Positions 27,083 through 32,000 of a stretch of DNA of 32,000 nt are shown here, piece after piece. The stretch is from Candidatus Harpocratesius repetitus (lineage in GTDB: Archaea; Asgardarchaeota; Lokiarchaeia; Sigyniarchaeales; Promethearchaeaceae). The first letter of the stretch is position 1. Each line of letters starts with the position of its first letter. Location: assembly GCA_021498095.1 (NCBI GenBank), contig JAIZWK010000001.1:3000001-3032000 (forward strand), in the 5' to 3' direction. A program made the translations under genes and the position numbers. The notes beneath the pieces are model-generated. The model saw only the letters and a list, made by a program, of their open reading frames with translations. It was not told where the DNA came from and searched no databases.

Positions 27083-27571
27083 TTATAATAATTCCTTCAT
27101 AAAATGAGCATTTTCACTATCTTTAAAGATAATGTGATAGTTTTCTTTTTGGTAAAAATTCATAGCAGAAATCCAATTATGGCATGTCTCAAGCACTATT
27201 TGATTATATCCTTCTGAAATTGCAAAATTTTCTAAAAAAATAAGAATTCTATGGGCAATTTTTTGTCTTCGATATTCTTTCATTACATACATGCGAACAA
27301 TTCGTGCTGTATTAACCGATTCCTTTATTATTGCACCTGTACCTATCATTTTACTTTGATAGATTGCTACCACAAATATTTGACGATTTGTGTAATAAAA
27401 AACATAAATATTATTTAAATCAGGATTTTTTGACATATCCAAAGCACCCCATCGCTCCTTCAATCCTTTCATTATTATATTCTGAGCTAATTTTGTCTCA
27501 TTTCTTTGAATTTGCCTAATAATTAGGTTTTTTTCTTCTTTTTGGGTGTTTTTCGAAATCATTTCCAACAA
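27083..27571 (-). CDS. GNAT-family N-acetyltransferase
   Basis: IGTGAI...ARIVRMYVMKEYRRQKIA...LET...AMNFYQKENY. The likely start is ATG at 27562. Confidence 0.88.
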   Translation of the reverse strand: MLEMISKNTQKEEKNLIIRQIQRNETKLAQNIIMKGLKERWGALDMSKNPDLNNIYVFYYTNRQIFVVAIYQSKMIGTGAIIKESVNTARIVRMYVMKEYRRQKIAHRILIFLENFAISEGYNQIVLETCHNWISAMNFYQKENYHIIFKDSENAHFMKELL

Positions 27572-27630
27572 AAAGTAATATTTAATTTACCATAAAATTC
27601 TAATGGATCTCTTCTCATTAAACATATATT

Positions 27631-28722
27631 ATGAATGGATTAGATCCTACCATCCATCAACGAAAAGATGAGCATATTTTAATTTCATTGGAGAATAATG
27701 GATATACTACTGGAACTACATGGTTGGATCTTGTGAAATTAATTCATGATCCGTTACCACTATTAGATTTCTCAGAAATTTACACATCAACCTATTTTTT
27801 AAAAAAAAAAATTTCTTCACCTATTTTTATTGATGCCCTTACAGGAGGAACTGATCTAGCATACAAAATTAATCTTTCTTTATCAAAATTAGCTGAAAGA
27901 AAAAATATACCAATTGCAGTTGGAAGTCAACGTATATGCTTAACAAACAGTGATTGTCTGGAAAGCTTTAAAATAGTTCGAAAAACAAATCCCACTGGTG
28001 TTGTCTTAGGAAATATTGGAATATCTCAAATAATTGAAATGAAATCTTTTGAAAATATTGATAAAATTATTTCTTTAATCGACGCAGACGGTATTTGTAT
28101 TCATTTAAATCCATTACAAGAATTAATTCAAAAAAAAGGAAATCTACACTTAAAACAAGGAATTGAAAAATTAATTCAATTACAAGATTATTTAAAAGTT
28201 CCAATTATTTTAAAAGAAGTCGGCGCAGGGATGTCAAAAGAATTTATCTTAAGAGCTTTTAATCAAGGTTTTAACTTATTCAATGTATCAGGTTTTGGTG
28301 GTACGAATTTTACTTTGATAGAAAGTGATAGAGCTAAGAAGAAACATGAAATAATTAATTATTATTCTGGCCAAACTTTTGCCCATTGGGGAATCCCTAC
28401 TGCAGCAAGTATTTTAGAAGCAAAATCAGTACTTCAAGATAAAGCTTATTTAATTGCAAGTGGAGGAATACGAACAGGACTGGATGTTGGAAAATGTCTT
28501 AGTTTAGGCGCTAATCTTTGTGGACTAGCTTTTCCATTTCTAAAATATGCTCAACAAAGCGAGAATGCATTAGAAGATTTTTTTGATAAATTACTATATG
28601 AATTACAAATCTTAATGGCTCTTTCAGGAACTAAAGAACTTTCACAAATTCAAAATATTCCAAAAGTTTTATTGCCTCCATTAGATATTTGGGTTAAGCA
28701 AAGAAATTTATTTCTAAAATAA
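27631..28722 (+). CDS. fni: Type 2 (FMN-dependent) isopentenyl-diphosphate delta-isomerase
   Basis: RKDEHI, LTGG, VGSQR, HLNPLQE, KEVGAG, GFGGTNF, WGIPT and ASGGIRTGLD. Confidence 0.94.
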   Translation: MNGLDPTIHQRKDEHILISLENNGYTTGTTWLDLVKLIHDPLPLLDFSEIYTSTYFLKKKISSPIFIDALTGGTDLAYKINLSLSKLAERKNIPIAVGSQRICLTNSDCLESFKIVRKTNPTGVVLGNIGISQIIEMKSFENIDKIISLIDADGICIHLNPLQELIQKKGNLHLKQGIEKLIQLQDYLKVPIILKEVGAGMSKEFILRAFNQGFNLFNVSGFGGTNFTLIESDRAKKKHEIINYYSGQTFAHWGIPTAASILEAKSVLQDKAYLIASGGIRTGLDVGKCLSLGANLCGLAFPFLKYAQQSENALEDFFDKLLYELQILMALSGTKELSQIQNIPKVLLPPLDIWVKQRNLFLK

Positions 28723-28817
28723 GAGTTATTGTTAGATAAAATAAAAAAATATAGAATTAAAATTTAAAGAATTTAGTTATAAAGAATCAAAGATAAAAAA
28801 AATGAGGAAAGATCATA

Positions 28818-29807
28818 ATGGATTTTCAAGAATTGCAAGAGGACATTAAACAGAATATAAAATATATTAATGAATATATCATAAATAACATCAGAATTGA
28901 AAATGAAACTCTTTTTCAAGCTTGTATTCATTTATTTAATGCTGGAGGAAAAAGAATTCGACCTTATATTATGAGAACTGTATACTCGTTATTTAAAAAA
29001 GATAATTCTCTTATTACTCCTATTGCTTCAGCTATTGAAATATTACATACTTTTACTTTGATTCATGATGATATTATGGATCAAGATGAATTCAGGCGAG
29101 GATTTCCCACAGTGCATACAAAATGGGATGAAAATATTGCAATTCTTGCGGGAGATGTCTTACACTCTTTGGTATTTTCAATAATTGGCCAATCAGATTT
29201 TAGAAAAGAAATCCAGACTCGAATAATGATAGATTTTTCTAAGACTTTAATTAAGATTTGTGAAGGTCAAACCATGGATCTTCAATTTGAAAAACAAGAA
29301 AATGTCACTATCAATGAATATTTAAAAATGATTTCTCTTAAAACTGGAGAACTTCTTGCATTAAGCGCTCGTACTGGCGGAATTGCTGCTGAAGTTGATG
29401 AAGATTTGATCAATCATCTTAGTAACTTTGGATTGAATTACGGCCTTGCATTTCAAATTATTGATGATATTCTAGGAATTATAGGGGAACAAAGCAAATT
29501 GGGTAAACCAATTGGAAGTGATCTTAGACAAGGAAAAAAAACATTTGTGATTTTTTATGCTTTAGAAAACTCTTCTGAGGATGAACAAAAAATATTAAAA
29601 GATATATTACGAACTCATAATTTATCAGAAGAAAAACTAAAAAAAGGAATTGAAATAATTTCAAAATCAGGGGCAATTGATACTGCACGAAATTTGGCAA
29701 ATAAATATCTTCAATCAGCTCTTGACAATTTGGAAAAGTTACCATCAAGTAATGGTAAAAATAATCTAATTCAATTAACTAAAAAATCACTAAATAGAAA
29801 ATTTTGA
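28818..29807 (+). CDS. idsA: Geranylgeranyl diphosphate synthase (polyprenyl synthetase)
   Basis: GGKRIRP, first Asp-rich motif HTFTLIHDDIMD with Phe at -5 (short-chain, archaeal GGPPS-type), RRG, AILAGD, GQTMD, KTG, FQIIDDILG and GSDLRQGKKT. Confidence 0.92.
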   Translation: MDFQELQEDIKQNIKYINEYIINNIRIENETLFQACIHLFNAGGKRIRPYIMRTVYSLFKKDNSLITPIASAIEILHTFTLIHDDIMDQDEFRRGFPTVHTKWDENIAILAGDVLHSLVFSIIGQSDFRKEIQTRIMIDFSKTLIKICEGQTMDLQFEKQENVTINEYLKMISLKTGELLALSARTGGIAAEVDEDLINHLSNFGLNYGLAFQIIDDILGIIGEQSKLGKPIGSDLRQGKKTFVIFYALENSSEDEQKILKDILRTHNLSEEKLKKGIEIISKSGAIDTARNLANKYLQSALDNLEKLPSSNGKNNLIQLTKKSLNRKF

Positions 29808-29923
29808 TAATGATTTAATTAAAATACAGTAGGAAAACAAACAAAAATTTCAAATTCATCTTTGAATCAACTGATTTATGGTAAAATTTAAAAAATCAAT
29901 GGGATCATAATATTATTGGTAAA

Positions 29924-32000
29924 ATGATTGATTTTTCAGATGAAGAATCCAACTTTGATTATAAACCGAAATATGAAATCTTCCATAGTTTGATGAAGAA
30001 TCGTATAAAGGAGATTTTACTGGTATCAAGTGCATATGATAATTTTATCTTGGAAGAAGATGGTAGATTATCTGACCAAATATATGCAGAATTTCACGAT
30101 CTAAACTTAAGGACATTACCCCATATTACTAGAGTTTCATCTGTAAACGAAGCAATTAATCAACTTAAGGAAAAAAAATTTGATTTAGTTGTTACTATGA
30201 GAAGGCTATTTGAGATAGATCCATATGAATTTGGAAAACAACTTAAAGAGATACAAGACATTCCTGTTGTTCTATTGCTTACAAGTCTTTCAGAAATCAA
30301 TTTTTTCCCAGATTTTTGTAAAAAGAGAGAAGGTATAGATCTAACATTCCTATGGAACGGAGATAGCGCTATATTTATCTCATTAACAAAATTGATTGAA
30401 GATCGAATGAATTTGAAATATGATACAGAACATGGGCTTGTCCGTGTTATTATTATTATCGAAGATTCCATTAGATTCTATTCATTATATCTTCCTCTGA
30501 TATACAGCGAAATTATGCGGCAAGTTCAATTTTTAATTCACGAAGGTGTAAATGATTACTATCGACTGTTACAAATGAAAGCACGACCGAAAATTGTTTT
30601 AACACATACCTATGAAGAAGCAATGAAGTTTTATGAAGAATATAAAGAATATATAATAGGAATAATCTCAGATATTGAATTTCCACGAAATAACAAAATC
30701 GATAAAAATGCAGGAATTGATTTCATTAAAATGGTAAAAGATGAAGCTCCAACAATTCCTGCGATTTTACAATCTAGCAATATCCAATATGAGAAAAAAG
30801 CGCATGAGATCAATGCTTATTTCATTCATAAAGAATCTAAGACACTATTAGAAGATATAAGGAATTTTATGATTCAATACATGGGTTTTGGTGATTTCAT
30901 CTTCAGATTAAAAAATGGCAAACAAGTAGGCAAGGCATCTAATTTACGGGAATTTAAAGAGGAAATAGAACATATTCCAATTGAATCTCTATATTTTCAT
31001 GCAACTCATGATAATTTTTCTGGATGGTTAATGGCCAGGGGAGAATTTAGAGTTGCTTCAATACTAAAATCAAAACATATCGAGGATTTTAAATCATTAG
31101 AAATGATCAGAAAATTCTTACTTGAATCTGTTCAATATTTGCTAGTTCAACAGAAAAATGTCGTAACTGATTTTAGAAGAAACAATTATAATCCAGAATC
31201 AAATTTTATAAGATTAAGACCTGGTTCTTTAGGAGGAAAGGGAAGAGGGCTTGCATTTCTCATGTTTATTTTGAATCCATACAATCTTACTCATTTTCCA
31301 ACAGTTGAAATTTCAATTCCGCAAACGATTGCTATTGGTACTGATGAATTCGATAATTTTATGAAAAGAAACCATTTGTATGAAATTTCTCTATCCAATG
31401 AGTTGGAAGAAGAAGAACTTTTTAAAATTTTTAAAAAAGCCAAATTATCTAAAAGTTTGAAAGAAGATCTAAAAATTATTTTAAAAGATTGGAAAAATCA
31501 TCCAATTGCTGTAAGAAGCTCATCTATAGTCGAAGACTCACAATTTCAACCATTTGCTGGAGTATTTGGAACCTACATGATATCAAACCAAGAACGAGAC
31601 CTAAATTCACGTTTAGAGCGAGTTCTTGAAGCAATTAAAATGGTTTATGCATCTACTTTCTCGAAAATGGCAAAAACTAATAGTAAAGCACTAAATTTGC
31701 GTATAGATGAAGTAAAAATGGGAGTTTTAATTCAGAAAGTTGTTGGTCGAAAATATGCAGAGAGCCAGCATTATTATCCAAATTTTTCAGGAATTGCAAG
31801 TAGTTACAATTATTATCCCGTAGGTAAAATGAAGTCGCATGATGGTATTGCTTTTTTAGCGTTAGGTTTAGGAAGAACAATTGTTAATGGAGGTTTAGCG
31901 AGAACTTTCTGTCCAAATTATCCAAAACTTCAGATTTGTTCTGATGTAAAAGAACAATTAAAAAGTAGTCAAACAGAATTTTTTGCGATTGATTTAAACA
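29924..32000 (+). CDS. PEP/pyruvate-binding domain protein (PEP synthase/PPDK-like ATP-grasp domain with N-terminal receiver-like regions); 3' end runs off the window
   Basis: Not in the ORF track; translated from ATG at 29924: MIDFSDEES...IFHSLMKNRIKEILLVSSAYDNFILEEDG. In-frame GGKGRGLAF (31232), IGTDEFD, AVRSSSIVEDSQFQPFAG (31508), YYPNFSG and ALGLG. Confidence 0.85.
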   Translation, partial: MIDFSDEESNFDYKPKYEIFHSLMKNRIKEILLVSSAYDNFILEEDGRLSDQIYAEFHDLNLRTLPHITRVSSVNEAINQLKEKKFDLVVTMRRLFEIDPYEFGKQLKEIQDIPVVLLLTSLSEINFFPDFCKKREGIDLTFLWNGDSAIFISLTKLIEDRMNLKYDTEHGLVRVIIIIEDSIRFYSLYLPLIYSEIMRQVQFLIHEGVNDYYRLLQMKARPKIVLTHTYEEAMKFYEEYKEYIIGIISDIEFPRNNKIDKNAGIDFIKMVKDEAPTIPAILQSSNIQYEKKAHEINAYFIHKESKTLLEDIRNFMIQYMGFGDFIFRLKNGKQVGKASNLREFKEEIEHIPIESLYFHATHDNFSGWLMARGEFRVASILKSKHIEDFKSLEMIRKFLLESVQYLLVQQKNVVTDFRRNNYNPESNFIRLRPGSLGGKGRGLAFLMFILNPYNLTHFPTVEISIPQTIAIGTDEFDNFMKRNHLYEISLSNELEEEELFKIFKKAKLSKSLKEDLKIILKDWKNHPIAVRSSSIVEDSQFQPFAGVFGTYMISNQERDLNSRLERVLEAIKMVYASTFSKMAKTNSKALNLRIDEVKMGVLIQKVVGRKYAESQHYYPNFSGIASSYNYYPVGKMKSHDGIAFLALGLGRTIVNGGLARTFCPNYPKLQICSDVKEQLKSSQTEFFAIDLN

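Noticed and set aside
24061-29748. ORFs 24061..24273, 25708..25920, 27331..27519 and 29524..29748
   Set aside because: Antisense shadows of the PfkB kinase, purD, the GNAT and idsA.
30160-31880. Minus-strand ORFs 30160..30471, 30631..30813 and 31677..31880
   Set aside because: Antisense to the long plus-strand PEP/pyruvate-binding ORF that runs off the window.
1-32000. tRNA, rRNA, IS elements or transposases
   Set aside because: No GC-rich structured intergenic segment, cloverleaf, terminal inverted repeat pair or transposase motif was seen by eye. tRNAscan-SE or Infernal would be needed to exclude small RNAs formally.

Overview
AT-rich (by eye about 25-30% GC), gene-dense archaeal chromosomal window. 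It is very probably from an Asgard archaeon (Lokiarchaeia/Promethearchaeota-like), because it carries longin, Rag-like GTPase-roadblock and MglA-like GTPase genes among ordinary archaeal housekeeping genes (iorA, PolB2, glycerate kinase, phosphohexomutase, xth, purD, type-2 IDI, GGPP synthase). I support about 29 CDS. Two are truncated by the window edges and missing from the ORF track: iorA at <1..1694 (-) and a PEP/pyruvate-binding-domain protein at 29924..>32000 (+). I saw no rRNA, tRNA, CRISPR array or IS element. The best leads are: (1) a three-domain protein (13450..14859) joining a folliculin/SMCR8-like longin domain with a DxxARG putative arginine-finger motif to a Rag-type GTPase and roadblock domain, convergent with an MglA-like GTPase lacking its intrinsic arginine; (2) five near-helically phased ACTTAAGT palindromes (23613..23725) directly upstream of a tightly coupled four-gene unit encoding a small unknown protein, a catalytically degenerate DUF234-type ATPase/nuclease, a small membrane protein and a degenerate NuoN/MrpD-like membrane protein. 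All family assignments come from motif recognition by eye and recalled consensus sequences; no database search was run.
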